DNA of 64,000 nt from Octopus sinensis (Eukaryota): contig NC_043013.1 in the NCBI RefSeq assembly GCF_006345805.1, positions 5,456,001-5,520,000 on the forward strand, read 5' to 3'. The position numbers and the translations under genes were made by a program. Below the pieces are notes generated by a model. That model was not told where the DNA came from. It did no database searches and was given only the letters and a program-made list of their open reading frames with translations. Shown piece after piece: positions 38,130 to 51,272 of the stretch. The stretch's first letter is position 1. Every line of letters begins with the position of its first letter.

Positions 38130-39195
38130 ACAAGTGCCCACCTCCACCCAGCGACTTTGTTGCTTCATAACTTCCATAAAAATGGATACTTTTTAATGAA
38201 ATTTTCTACATATACCCATCAGATAGTGTAGATTCCGATTATATCGGAATTTTTTGTAAAAAAAGAAAAAAAGTGGCTGTGTGGTATGTAGCTTGCTTAC
38301 GAACCACATGGTTCCAGGTTCATTCCCACTGCGTGGCACCTTGGGTAAGTGTCTTCTACAATAGCTTCGGGTCGACCAAAGCCTTGTGAGTGGATTTGGT
38401 AGATGGAAACTGAAAGACGCCTGTCGTATATATGTATGTGTGTGTATGTTTTTGTGTCTGTGTTTGTCCCCCCAACATCGCTTGACAACGGATGCTGGTG
38501 TGTTTACGTCCCCGTAACTTAGCGGTTCGGCAAAAGAGACCGATAGAATAAGTACAAGGCTTACAAAGATTAAGTCCTGGTGTCGATTTGCTCGACTAAA
38601 AGGCGGTACTCCAGCATGGCCGCAGTCAAATGACTGAAACAAGTAAAAGAGTAAAGAGAGTGGGGAGAGGAGTTTTGGAGAATTCACACGAGTTAGCTTC
38701 GTTTCTTAATAACTTTCAGAAAAATTGATAATTTGTGATGAAATTTTCAACAAGTATCTTCCAGATTGTGTAGATTACTATAATATCGGAATTTTATATG
38801 AGGCAAAATTGGTGGACTTGTACACATACATAATGGCACATATCTACAAAATGAAACTTGAAATTTCGGAAAAATTTTTTTGATGTGTGTCAGTATGTAT
38901 TTGTACGTTTTCACTTAAATTCTTATATAATTGTAATCTACGCACTCTGAAAGGTGTTTGTAGCAGATTTCATCAAAAAAGTACTCATTTTTCTGAAAGT
39001 TATCGGGAAACAAACCGACTCGTGTGAATTTTCCGAAACTCATCTCCCCCCACCTGCGGACATTTTTTTTTCACTACAAATTCCGATATAATCGAAATTT
39101 TTACCACCTGAAGCGTATTTTGTAGAAAAATTCATTAAAAGATGTTTATTTTTCCAGAAGTTATGAGGAAACAAAGTCGGAGGCAAACTTGTGTA
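38130..39195. mobile_element. Foldback-type DNA element with internal inverted sub-repeats, carrying a SINE A (38273-38658)
   Basis: CGACTTTGTTGCTTCATAACTT..AATGAAATTTTCTACA mirrored by TGTAGAAAAATTCATT..AAGTTATGAGGAAACAAAGTCG; a second inverted pair inside. Confidence 0.45.
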
Positions 39196-39589
39196 GATAT
39201 GCCCACAATTTGATTAATTTACACGGACGCGAAATCACCCTAAAGAACACTTTCAAACTAAGAAAGGAGACTTAATGTAATGGATGTTGAGGTATTGGTG
39301 TTAGATACCCTTAAAAAGACAAAATGATCACGATTGGAACACATTTTTGGTGGAAGGCTTAAGGATGACCTAGAATTAAATATCAACAGAAACATACTGT
39401 TTGTGTTAAAAACATTAATGTTATGACGCTTTCCTCAGTGGCGAGCTGGCAGAATTATTAATGTGCCGGACAAAATGTTTAATGGCTTTAGGTTCTGAGC
39501 TCAAATACCGCCGAAGTCGACTTTGCTTTTCGGGGTCAATAAAATAAGTACCAGTTGAGCACTGGCGGGGTCGATGTATTCGATGAGAC

Positions 39590-39996
39590 GCATCTTTTCG
39601 GTTTGAACGGCAGTTTTTTCTAGCGGTGTCATGAAATTGTCACCCATAATTATGACTCTAGTATCGATCTATTGCATTTCAATCTGTTTTAGGATTAGGG
39701 GTGGCGGGAAGGGTATCTTTTTTTCTTCACAAATGTAAATAAACCCAATCTGTTTCTTAAACGAGGGACATATTCATACAGCACAGAATGTTTTTTAACT
39801 CAATAGACATCAGTGATTGGTTGAAATTGCAGAAATTAAAAAAAAAACAGCAAATATCTTACAAACTATAGAATTTTCTCAATAAAGCCAAGAGAAAAAG
39901 ATGTTTTATAAACACATTCTACCAGTATACGAAGTTGAAAACTTTTTAGTTACCTAGAAATTATGTTAAAAACTGCCGTTCAAACCGAAAAGATCC
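39590..39996. mobile_element. MITE (GGATCTTTT-TIR family) inside a SINE B
   Basis: TIRs as at 22648; TSD GATGAGAC/GATTAGAC. Confidence 0.88.
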
Positions 39997-40389
39997 GATT
40001 AGACTCCTTTCACCAATATTTCAGGCCTTAGAAAGGAATCTCCCAGTAAACTTGTTGAATGGGGAATAAGAATTATAACATGGCCCTTTGCGTAGATGGG
40101 GGCCTTACTCTCACTCAGCTTTGCAGGTCTCATTTAGAAGAAAGGCACTTTTCATTAGGTTTGTGATAGTTCTTCGCTTTGAGAATATTTGCACGCGATG
40201 ATTACAACATTTTGTGAGATGATGATAATCGTGTGGCATGAGACAACCATTCGTCATTAGATTATAAATGACATACGTTTGCACGACACATCAACTCTAA
40301 GCGTCTATAATTAAATATCAACCATACCATTCTACAAATTTACTCCGGGGCGACATAGTATTAACAATAATAATGTTTCTCACGCAAAA

Positions 40390-40738
40390 ATATTCTTTTC
40401 TACTCTAGGCACAAGGCCGACAGTTTTTGGGAGGTGGGGCAGTCGATTAGATCGACCTCAGTACGCAACTGGTACTTAATTTATCGCCCGCGAAAAAATG
40501 AAAGGTAGAGTCGACCTCGGCGGAGTTTGAACTCAGAATGCCTATTTCTTCACTACCCACAAGGGGCTAAACACAGAGGGGACAAGACAGACAAACGGTT
40601 TAAGTCGATTACATCGACCCCAGTGCGTAACTGGTACTTAATTTATCGACCCTGAAAGAACTCAGAACGTAATGCCAGACGAAATACGGCTACGCATTTC
40701 GCCCGGCGTGCTAACGTTTCTGCCAGCTCGCCGCCTTA
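40390..40738 (-). mobile_element. Two nested SINE family B copies
   Basis: Two Meta-like cores, with head GGCGGCGAGCTGGCAG at the right end. Confidence 0.8.
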
Positions 40739-42817
40739 TACTTAGTGTTTGAGTTTGTTTATGTCATACACTCCTGGTTTCTTAACACTCACTCCCTCCC
40801 TTGTCCAATTCACTTTTGGTCTTTTAAAATTTCCGTAAAAAATAGTTTAGGCCTCATTGGTTCTAACAGTTACTGTTTTCTTAGTGACTGAATTAGAAGT
40901 TGTCAACTGCCTACCAAATGTAACGTTGGCGAAGTCGATTTTGCAGACTTTGGTGATCATTTGAAATGAAAGCATTGTTGGAGAGTGAAAAGGGTACATT
41001 ACTTCGCTTTTCTCAACTCTTTTTTAAATCTTAATTACCGAAAGTGAAAGTAGCTTGTTAATGTTTTCTTAAATTTACGTTATAGAATTGTTTGGCAAAA
41101 TCATTAAAGCATCAGCAAAATTGCTCTACGTTCTGAGTTCAAGTCCTGCCGAAGTCAACATTGTCTTTTGTCCTTCCTGGATCGATAAAATGTCCTGGAG
41201 TCGATATAATCAACTGTTCCCATCCCTCTGATTTTCTGGGCTAGGACCTATGTATATAAGAAACTATTATTAAATGCACATTATTTTTGCCGTCACCCAG
41301 ACAAAATATATGATGTGTGCGTAGGAACGAAACTATTTTGTACACATTCGTTCAGTACTCGAGCATCATTGAGCTGGGGAGTTTTATTGTAGTTTTTAAG
41401 AAGGGTCCAGCGAGACGGGCTGAATCCATGGTGAATATCGTTCCGTTGCTTTCTTTAGCCAGGAAAATCAGCCAGGTTTCTTCTGCCTGGCGATTCTGGA
41501 GAAAGCGGTTGTATGGTGGTCGCTATTCAGAAATGAATATAGACATCTTCTTCTTCTTCTAAGCCTTCCCGGTTTTTTGTCAAACTACTACTGGAGAGGT
41601 GGGTAAGGATGGAGAGGGAGCTGCTGCCCTCATGTTGATTTGTTTGAAAGACGAAAGTGTAGAGTGTGACTCGAGTAAGTGTGCATATTTTTAACATACG
41701 CTTGTCGGCTGGAGAATGGGTGTGAGGGGAGAGTCCTTACCCATGTCAGTCTGGGAAATCCTGGATCTATGAGGGTTCCCAGGTTAGCTCTAAGTAGCTG
41801 TCTCCCTTATAAGAGTCCCTTTTTTTTTCTTTCTTGGTGATAACGTGAGAATGCTTAACGGTAATTCTTCAGCTCTTGACGTTCTAAGATCAAATTTTGA
41901 CGAGGTTGACTTTCGATGAAATAAGTACCAGTTAAATACTGGGGTCGAATTAATCGATTAAACCCCTCCTCCCCAAAATTTCAGCGTTTGTCCCTAAAGT
42001 GGAAAGGATTATTTGTTGTAGCTTTGGTAGACGGAAACGATGTTCGAGACCGTCCTAGAAATTGTGTGTGCGTGTACGCATGAGTCAGTGTTTGTCCCTC
42101 TACCACTTGACAACCGGTGTTGGTTTGATTACGTCCTTGTAACTTAGCAGTTCGGCAAAACAGACCGATAGAATAAGTAACAGACTAAAAAAATAAAAAA
42201 AAGTACTGCTGTTGATTCGTTCGACTTAAAAAACCCTTCAAGGCCCCTGCATGGTCGCAGTATAATGACTGAGACGAGTAAAAGATAATGGATAAACGAA
42301 TATATTCGAGATTACATTATTGGAAGGGTTGTTTTTCGTCTTGAAGATCGTAGGGTGTTATTTTGAGGGGTTATTTAACTACTATTTCTAGTACATCGAG
42401 CGCCTACGGAGAGAGAGAGAGAAGGGGAGGGAGAGGGGGAGAGAGAGGGGGCTTTAGTTACTTCGTTGACAGTTGCACCAAAAACACGAACCTGCCTCCA
42501 CCACACACATACTTTCTATGTTGCAACTCCTGGTTTCCTCTCCCTCTTCTATTTCACATGAAACAATGGAAATTTCCGTTGCAAGAGTCGTTGAGACGAT
42601 GAACGTAATAAGAGTCATACGAAGAAAAAGAACAAGAAAATTGTAGGCAAAATTTAAAGCAATAACAAATTCACAATTACTGCTGAGGAAAATGTCACCT
42701 TTAATTGAAATACCACGAATAAAATAGTTGAAGTTCTAAAAAATATGTTATGTAATTTTGTTAAGTGACAACAAGATGTGACTTGTACGCAATGACTACA
42801 CGGTTTATATAACATGT

Positions 42818-43000
42818 TTATTTCGTCCGCCGCTGCATTCTGAGTTCAAATTCCGCCGAGGTCGACTTTGCCTTTCATCCTTTCGGGGTCGATAAATTAA
42901 GTACCAGTTACGCACTGGGGTCGATGTAATCGACTTAATCCGTTTGTCTGTCCTTGTTCGTCCCCTCTATGTTTAGCCCCTTGTGGGCAATAAAGAAATA
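42818..43000 (+). mobile_element. 5'-truncated SINE family B
   Basis: 16-bp TSD GGTTTATATAACATGT (42802-42817 and 43001-43016). Confidence 0.9.
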
Positions 43001-43058
43001 GGTTTATATAACATGTATGCGAGAACAAAGAAAAGAAGAAAAGAAAAAGCTCGAGAAA

Positions 43059-43500
43059 GGTGCAGGCGTGGCTGTGTGTTAAGAAGTGTGGTTCCCAACT
43101 GTATGGTTCAGGGTTCAGTCCCATTGCGTTGCACCTTGGGCGCATTTCTTCTGCTACAGCCTCGGACGAACCAAAAGACTTGTTAATAGTGGACTTGGTA
43201 GACGGAAACTGAAAGAAGCTTGTCACATATATGCGCGCGCGTGTGTGTGTGTGTATGTGCCTTTGTATTTGCGTTTGCCCTCCAACAGACCGCTTGGCAA
43301 CCAGTGTTGGTTTGTTTTCGTCTCTGTAACTTAGCGGTTCGGCAAAAGAACTGATAGAATAAGTTCCAGACTTACAAAAAGCTAAAAAAAAAGAAAGAAA
43401 GAAAGAACCCCCCCCCCAAACTTCTGGGGTTGATTCATTCACCTAGGCGGTGCCCCAGCATGGCCGCAGTCCGATGACTGAATCAAGTAAAAGATAAAAG
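43059..43500 (+). mobile_element. SINE family A-related copy
   Basis: Head, centre and tail present. Confidence 0.8.
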
Positions 43501-44074
43501 AATTTTTTTTCTGCTCTAGGCACAAGGCCCGAAATCTTGGGCGGGAGCAGTCGATTCGATCGACCCCATTATGCAACTGGTACTTAATTTATCGACCCTG
43601 AAAGGGTGAAAGGCAAAGTCGACCTCGGCGGAATTTGAACTCAGAACGTAAGCTAAGCATTTCGCCCGGCGTGCTAACGATTCTGCCAGTTTTTTTCTTT
43701 TTTTCCTGATTTCTGTATTTCGAGGTCAACTTTGTTGTTCACCCCTGCGGTGGAAGGTCGGGTGGAATAAAATACCAGTCAAGTACTAAGGCCGATGTAA
43801 TCAGCTTAATCCCCATTCCGGCCAAAATTGCTGGCCTTGTGCTAAAATTTGAAACCATTACCATGGTTGACCCAAAATATGAAGGCAGACAAAATGCCAC
43901 CAAGCATTTCGCATGGCTGACGTGAATGTGGCGAGCTGGTAGGACTCTTAGAGTGCGTCGGACAAAATGTTTAGCAGCATTTTTTCTGGTTCTTTACTTT
44001 CTAAATTCGGTTCCTGCCGAAGTCGACTTTGGATTTAATCCTTTCGGGATCGATAAAATTAAGTACCATTTGAG

Positions 44075-44169
44075 GGGTAAGGTAAACAATACGCAGACCA
44101 CCCGTTTTCGGCGTTTAGGGTTAGGGTTACGCTGAAAACGGATGGTGTGCGTATTCTTTACCTCCGCCC
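44075..44169. mobile_element. 95-bp hairpin MITE with a telomere-repeat loop
   Basis: 35-bp arms (31/35 complementary), loop TTAGGGTTAGGGTT, TSD CATTTGAG/CATTTCAG, inside a SINE B. Confidence 0.75.
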
Positions 44170-44599
44170 CATTTCAGGTGGATGTAATCGGCCAACCGCC
44201 TCTTCTTAAAAGATTGCTGGCCTTGTGCCAAAATTTGAATCGATCATTGTGAAAGTGGCTCGTGCGCAGGCGCGTGTAGGCGAAATCCTGTATATGCATA
44301 CATGTGTGTATGTATGCATGTGTATCTAAGTATGTTTGTATGTATGTATAAATAGGTGCTGTTTAGCCCCAGTTTAACCTTGCTTGCTTGAGGACACCTA
44401 TAACCAAAGGCATTTCAACCGTGACCATCCTGTCTTTATTCTCCGTGTGTATGTGTGTGAGGGTAAAAAGGGGTCGCCAAACCACAGTATTTCATTTCTT
44501 TTTCTTCAGACTGCATAGTGTTGTGATTTACGGGAGATTTGACTGTTATTTCTAGCTAGGTCTATTATTGACGAATGGGACCGCCTCACTGGCTTGCAG

Positions 44600-44638
<39 letters not shown>

Positions 44639-45007
44639 ACACATATGCATGCATACATGGCGTACTCTCTTGTTGACCACAGATATGGGTTCCGTAACTT
44701 CTTGCTGACAAAACTGGACAGATGAATTGTTTATTGTGATCAAATGCTCAGTCTCTCCATCAAATCGACATTGCCTATACAGGTAGGTGCGCTGTGTGCC
44801 ACACGTCAGATGTCGAAATCATTGTAAGAGTAACAGATGAAGTGTTTGGCTCAAGAACACAACGTGCCGCTCGGCCCAGGAACTGAAACCGCGATCCCCG
44901 GATTCTTAGTGCAACACGCTAACCACCCCTCCATATAACACACACACACACCTTAGTCTTAATTTAAACAACCGACTTGCTTTATGATAAGCACACATAC
45001 GCAATAT

Positions 45008-45420
45008 GCGCAGGAGTGGCTGTGTGGTAAGTAGCTTGCTAACCAACAACATGGTTCCGGGTTCAGTCCCACTGCATGGCATCTTGGGCAAGTGTCTTCT
45101 GCTATAGCCCCGGGCCGACCAATGCCTTGTGAGTGGATTTGGTAGACGGAAACTGAAAGAAGCCTGTCGTATATATGTATATATATATGTATGTGTGTGT
45201 GTGTTTGTGTGTCTGTGTTTGTCCCCCTAGCATTGCTTGACAACCGATGCTGGTGCGTTTACGTCCCCGTAACTTAGCGGTTCAGTAAAAGAGACTGATA
45301 GAATAAGTACTGGGCTTACAAAAAGAATAAGTCCCGGTGTCGAGTTGCTCGACTAAAGGCGGTACTCCAGCATGGCCGCAGTCAAATGACTGAAACAAGT
45401 AAAAGAGTAAAGAGTAAAAG
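45008..45420 (+). mobile_element. SINE family A, young subfamily
   Basis: Shares diagnostic GCTAACC and CATCTTGGG variants with the copies at 1-130 and 59941-60606. Confidence 0.9.
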
Positions 45421-45481
45421 AGAATATGTAGTGCGTGCGTGTTTGCTTGTATATTTATTATTGAGCAGCTATTCGTACCTA

Positions 45482-45516
<35 letters not shown>

Positions 45517-46039
45517 ATCTCAGCCCATCTGCACTGTTAACAATATTTAACACATGTTTTCTCGCCCTGCTTTATATATTTCTCTCCTCCTCCTCCTCCT
45601 CCTCCTGCCGCGGTTTGTGGTGACGTAACCGATTCTCCCCGCTCCTTCGTCAGTCGACCGATATTCACCACCACCACCACCACCACTACCACTGCCGCCG
45701 CCGCCGCCAGCGGCACCGTCACCTTCATCGTCATTCATTAATTCAGTCACGTCCACCATTACTGGTACTGCTTAACCAACGAGAGGGAGCCATTGCCTTA
45801 CGTGGTCAACAGACCAAGCTGGAAATAACAGCCAAATTTCCTTCAAATCAACATTTACCTTTAAGAAAAGGACACATTGGATTGTGTAATCTCGGGATTA
45901 CGTTTATCCGATGTAATCCTGACACACAAACACATACACACAGGTTAAAAAAAAAAAAAGAAGCTAAATAAACCGGGATTGTCACGGCTGGAATGCCATC
46001 GACCATAGGTCTGCTCAAGTAAGGTTGACCTTGGGCTAA

Positions 46040-46460
46040 ACTACCACTACCACCTCCACCTCCACCACAATCAGCGCTACTACTGCTGCTGCTGCTGCAA
46101 CTACTACTACTACTACTGCTACTGCTACTACTACTACTACTACTGCTACTACTACATCCTTATTGCTTGTAACTACCACTGCCGCCACTATTATTGCAAC
46201 TCGTATCACTCTCGTCACAAGTGCACTTCTAGCTTGTAACAAATCACACCACTGCTATCACCACCACCACCACCACCACCACCACCTACTATAACTACTA
46301 CCACTACTATAATTAATCACCTTTATTACTATCGCCATCGCTACAACCACCACTACCACTACAACTACCACTGCCTCTAGTTAACTTCTGTTAATACCAT
46401 CACCATTGTCGTAGACATCATAACCATCACCACCACCACCACCACCATGTGTGTAATCAC
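46040..46460. repeat. Compound (ACT/ACC/GCT)n triplet tract
   Basis: Direct reading. Confidence 0.9.
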
Positions 46461-46934
46461 CACTTCTCCATTATCACTTTCCTCACCACCAGGTATGAGA
46501 GGAGGAGGAGGGGAGTGAGAGGGGGCTGCGAAGGTCATGGGCACCATTCCTCCTCTCCTTCCTCCTTTGATTAATTAAAAACAATAAACAAACAAACGCT
46601 ACACCCACCACCCACCACCACTACTACCAGCACCTTCCTTGTGGGCAAAACACACCAGACCTGAATGTCAGTGAGTCTTGAAGAGGGATAAATTTTCTCC
46701 TTGTGGGTAAAAATATACATGACAAGGGCTAACTATATCATACCTGCAAATCTCTGTATTAATTTAGTATAAGATACAATACACCTGGTTGGCCTATTTT
46801 TTCAGAAAAAAAAAATCACAGCTGTTATTGTACATTGACAACACTTCAACCATTCTGGGGTGTTGACAATACCTCGACCATTCACCATTGGCCATCTTGT
46901 CGTTTCAGAAATAAGACATGGACTAGACTGTTTG

Positions 46935-47250
46935 GTTCATCATCATCATCATCATCATCATTGATTTAACGTCTGTTGTCCATGCTGGCATGGGTTGGAC
47001 AGTTTGATCACGGCTGGTAAGCTGAGGGGCTGCCCCAGACTCCAGTCTGATTTGGTATGGTTTCTATGACTGGATGCCCTTTGTAACATCAACCACTACA
47101 AGAGTGTAACGGGTGCTTTTATGTGCCACTGGCACAGATGCCAGTTGCGTGACACCAGTATCTGCCACAACTACAATTTCACTTGGCTTCAGGGGTCTTT
47201 CTACTCAAGCACAGCATATTGCCAAAGCTCTTGGTCATTTGTCATTGCCT
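46935..47250 (-). mobile_element. SINE family F
   Basis: (CAT)n tail plus CATGCTGGCATGGGTTGGACAG. Confidence 0.65.
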
Positions 47251-48809
47251 ATGTTTTTTATCTTTTACTTATTTCAGCCATTTAGACTTTATTTATTTAA
47301 AGCCTGGTACTTATTCTATCAGTCTCTCTTGCTGAACTGCTAAGCTACAGGAATTAAACATACCAACACTGATTACCAAGTGGTGGTGGGATACACATGC
47401 ACACACACACACACACACATGTACAACCATGTCACCATGGCAAATAGATCTTAAAGGATGGTGATGGTGGTGATGATACACACACACACACACACACACA
47501 TAAAACACTGGTGGTGCCCCAGCATAGCCACAGCCTTAGGCTAAAACCTATAAAAGAATATATATATGTATACAACAGGCTTCTTTCAGTTTCTATCTAC
47601 CAAATCCACTCACAAGGCTTTGGTCGGTCCGAGGCTATAGTAGAAGATACTTGCCCAAGGGTGCCATGCAGTGGGAATAAACCCAAGATTTCCCTGTAGA
47701 CGACAGTGAGTTGAGGGAGATTTGACTGCTATTTTTAGCAGGGCAAGAAACCATGTAGTGTCTTTCTTTTTTTATTGTTTTGTTTGGAGGGAAGCAGAGT
47801 AATATTTTGCTGTCCTCTTCTTTCGTGGTGGTGGTAGTGGTTGCAGAGGTGATAATGGTGGCAGTGATAGTTGTGATGATGGTGGTAGTGGTGATATATT
47901 TCAGGCTACAGTTATTAATGATCATTGTACACCTGTAACGTAAGCGCCTGACCAAACATACCCTCTAATGGTAAAGAGAGACACAAGCTGAGATGATGTC
48001 CTCCCACACCTCATCTCAGACCTGCAAGACATACTATCTCTCAATCTTTCATACCCTACTTGTCTTCCCATTCCCTCTTCAAAAAAATAATTAAATTCCT
48101 TTATTTTTGATAATATCGCCATAGATATTAATTAAAAACTTATGTCTTATAAAAACAAAGCTGTTCTCATTTATTATGCTACAAAAATTTGTTCTGAAAA
48201 AAAGAAAGCAAAACCAAAAAAAAAAAAAAGTTTCTTTTTACTTGTTATTCTTTTGTTTATTTTTATTTTCTTTGTTGAAATGTTTCTCATACATGAAATT
48301 CCTTGTTATTTAACTCTTCTGATACTAACCTGCCTAAGACTGCTTCTGGCTCTATTATACAAATTTTCTCTTTTAAACTGATCTTAATTAAAACATTCCA
48401 TCAAAATTTCATATTAAAATTATGTTTGAAACACCAGATTAATAATGGTTTCAAATTTTGGCACAAAGCCAGCAAGATTGGGTGAAGGGAGCAAATTGAT
48501 TGCATCGACCCCATTGCTCAAATAGTCCTTATTTTATCAGCTTTTCTGAAAGGATGAAAGGCAAAGTTGACCTCAGTGGAATTTGAATGCAGAATGCAAA
48601 GACAAACAACAATGATGATGATGATGGACTCTTGTCGAAGGCGACATTTTGAGTGTTCAGTGTTTGCTGAAAAATCTGCACGAATGATTTGTGCTATAGC
48701 GACCAAATGCATGTGCTACACATTATCTCGCTCCCTCGATCAAGTTGACATTGCCTGTACATACAAACGTGCCACATGTAGATTGTTGAAATGATCACAG
48801 AACATGAAT

Positions 48810-48842
<33 letters not shown>

Positions 48843-48843
<1 letters not shown>

Positions 48844-49240
48844 GGAGTGGCTGTGTGGTAAATAGCTTGCTTACCAACCACATGGTTCCAGGTTCACTCC
48901 CACTGCGTGGCATCTTGAGCAAGTGTCTTCTACTATATCCTTGGGCCGACCAAAGCCTTGTGAGTGGATTTGGTAGACGGAGACTGAAAGAAGCCCGTTG
49001 TATATATGTATATATATGTGTGTATATGTTTGTGTGTCTGTGTTTGTCCCCTACACCCATCATCAATTGACAACCAATGCTGGTGTGTTTATGTCCCCGT
49101 CACTTAGCGGTTCAGTAAAAGAGACTGACAGAATAAGTACTAGGTTTACAAAGAATAAGTCCCGGGGTCGATTTGCTTGACTAAAAGCCGTATTCCAGCA
49201 TGGCCGCAGTCAAATGACTGAAACAAGTAAAAGAGTAAAA
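48843..49240 (+). mobile_element. SINE family A, full length
   Basis: Head to tail; (TAA)n on both flanks. Confidence 0.9.
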
Positions 49241-50101
49241 AGATAATAATAATAATAATAATAATTTCAAATTCTGGTCCAATGCCCGTAAGATTGGAGA
49301 ATGAGGCAAGTTGATTACATTGGCCCCACTTTACCACTGGTACTTATTTTATTGACTTTGAAAGGATGAGAGGCAAATTCAACTTCAGCTGAATTTGAAC
49401 TTAGAACATGAAGCTGGATCAAATGCCGCTAATCATTATGTCCAGGGTGCTAATGATTCTGTCAGCTTACCATCGTAAATACTTTGCCTTTCATCGGTTT
49501 GGGGTCGATCTAATCGACTGGCCCCCTCTCCAAAAATTTCGGGCCTTGTGCCTAGAGTAGAAAAGAACATTATTTTACTAAAAATTTTAATTATTTTCAA
49601 AATTAATTGAAACAAAGGCTAAGTATTTCAACTGGAATATGATAACAAAAGAGTTAAAGTGATCTAAATTAAAATCTTCAGTCCAAATTCCACGTTGATT
49701 TATGTTCCAAACACCACCTTAAGAACGACCGAGTTATTTTCTTTAGTTCTTTGTTCTTTTCGAAATTAATTGAAACAAACGCAATAGAAATATAGTAATA
49801 ACAGAAGGGTTAAAGGAATCGTTTTTATTTTAACCCTCCTCCCACTCACCCATCCAAAACTATTCATAACTGTTTGAAGTATACAGTAACTGTTATAATA
49901 TAAAACCTACAAAGTTTGTTAAAGACTGGAGATAAAAAATTACATTTTCCTGTTGAACCTGCAATCCTAGGAGGGAATCTATTTAATAAATATTATTTTC
50001 TCATGACCTGCACCTTTTACTTGCAATGCTACAATGCTGATTTACGTATTCATCCAACATTCCCATATCCACCCAAACACTTAAAGCTTCCTGTCACGTA
50101 G

Positions 50102-50198
50102 CACTGCAAATAGTAATGGCAAAGAAACATGGTGACATTGGTGAGAAGCTGATTAAATCTTGTAGCAAGGGTGATGAAATTTCCTACCTCAAACAAAT
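50102..50198 (+). CDS. Candidate internal exon of an unidentified gene (weak ankyrin-like pattern)
   Basis: tag|...LQIVMAKKHGDIGEKLIKSCSKGDEISYLKQ|gtaagt; phase 1 to phase 2. Confidence 0.3.
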
Positions 50199-51169
50199 GT
50201 AAGTAAAGAAGCAAAAAGAGAATAAGAATATTCAAGACATTCTTCCTGATAACTGCAGTTTATTGACACAATTAGTAAAAATCTTGTTAGTCGACGTTTT
50301 GAAGAGATCAGATTTAACCCAACAAGACTTTATTGTGCAAAATTTCACTACTGTTTACTTTGGCCCAAGATGGACTTGGCTGTGTGGCTAAGAAGGTAGT
50401 TTCACAACCACATGGTTTTGGGTTCAGTCCCCATTGTGTGGCATTGTGGGCAAGTGCCTTCTGCAATAGCCTAGAGACAAATAAATTCAGCCTTGCCTAG
50501 AGACAAGTAAATTTGATTTAAGCCATTTTTTGACTTAAGTCATGCCTCCTGGAACCAACTAACAACTTAGGGTGATGTATGCCTGTATATTAGTTTCAAA
50601 TTTTGGCACAAGGCCAGCAATTTCCTGGGAGTGGGGAAGTCGATTACACCAACCTTAGACTCAACTGGTACTTATTTTATCAACCCTGAAAGGATGAAAG
50701 GCAAAGTTGACCCTGGTGGAATTTGAACTTAGAACATAAAGATAAATGAAATGCTGCTAAGCATTTTGCATGGCATGCTAACCATTCTGCCAGCATGCCC
50801 TCCTATGTTTGATATACATTAAGGCATTAGTTCATAAGCTACTTTCCAGATGCCTTGATATCTACATAAAGATATAAAACCATCCCAGCACATTTGATCA
50901 TCTTGAAGTTCTGTTTTAATGGCCACTTTCCAGGTGACTTGATAGATACAGAAAGATGGATATGAAGACTTTTTATGATTGATCTGAAAAATAAATGAAG
51001 ATTGCTCTCTAAGCCTTTGCTATTCTTAACAAAGAATTTAACAGAGTTAGTATTGATTTCTGAATGAACCTCAAGTATTTATTCTTACTTCTTACTCCAG
51101 CGAACCTTCAAAGTTCTTGTTCCTTTTGTCTCTACATATATCTATGTAAATCAAGTTTCTTTACTTTAG

Positions 51170-51272
51170 TAGCAATGATGACAACGACAAGGAGCCATCT
51201 GAAAGCTCATGGTGGTCTTCGGGTTTTGATAGTGTTGTCATCAACAGCTTCTGCAATAAACAGACAAGTTAA
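51170..51272 (+). CDS. Candidate terminal exon, phase-compatible with 50102-50198
   Basis: tttctttactttag|T-SNDDNDKEPSESSWWSSGFDSVVINSFCNKQTS*. Confidence 0.28.
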
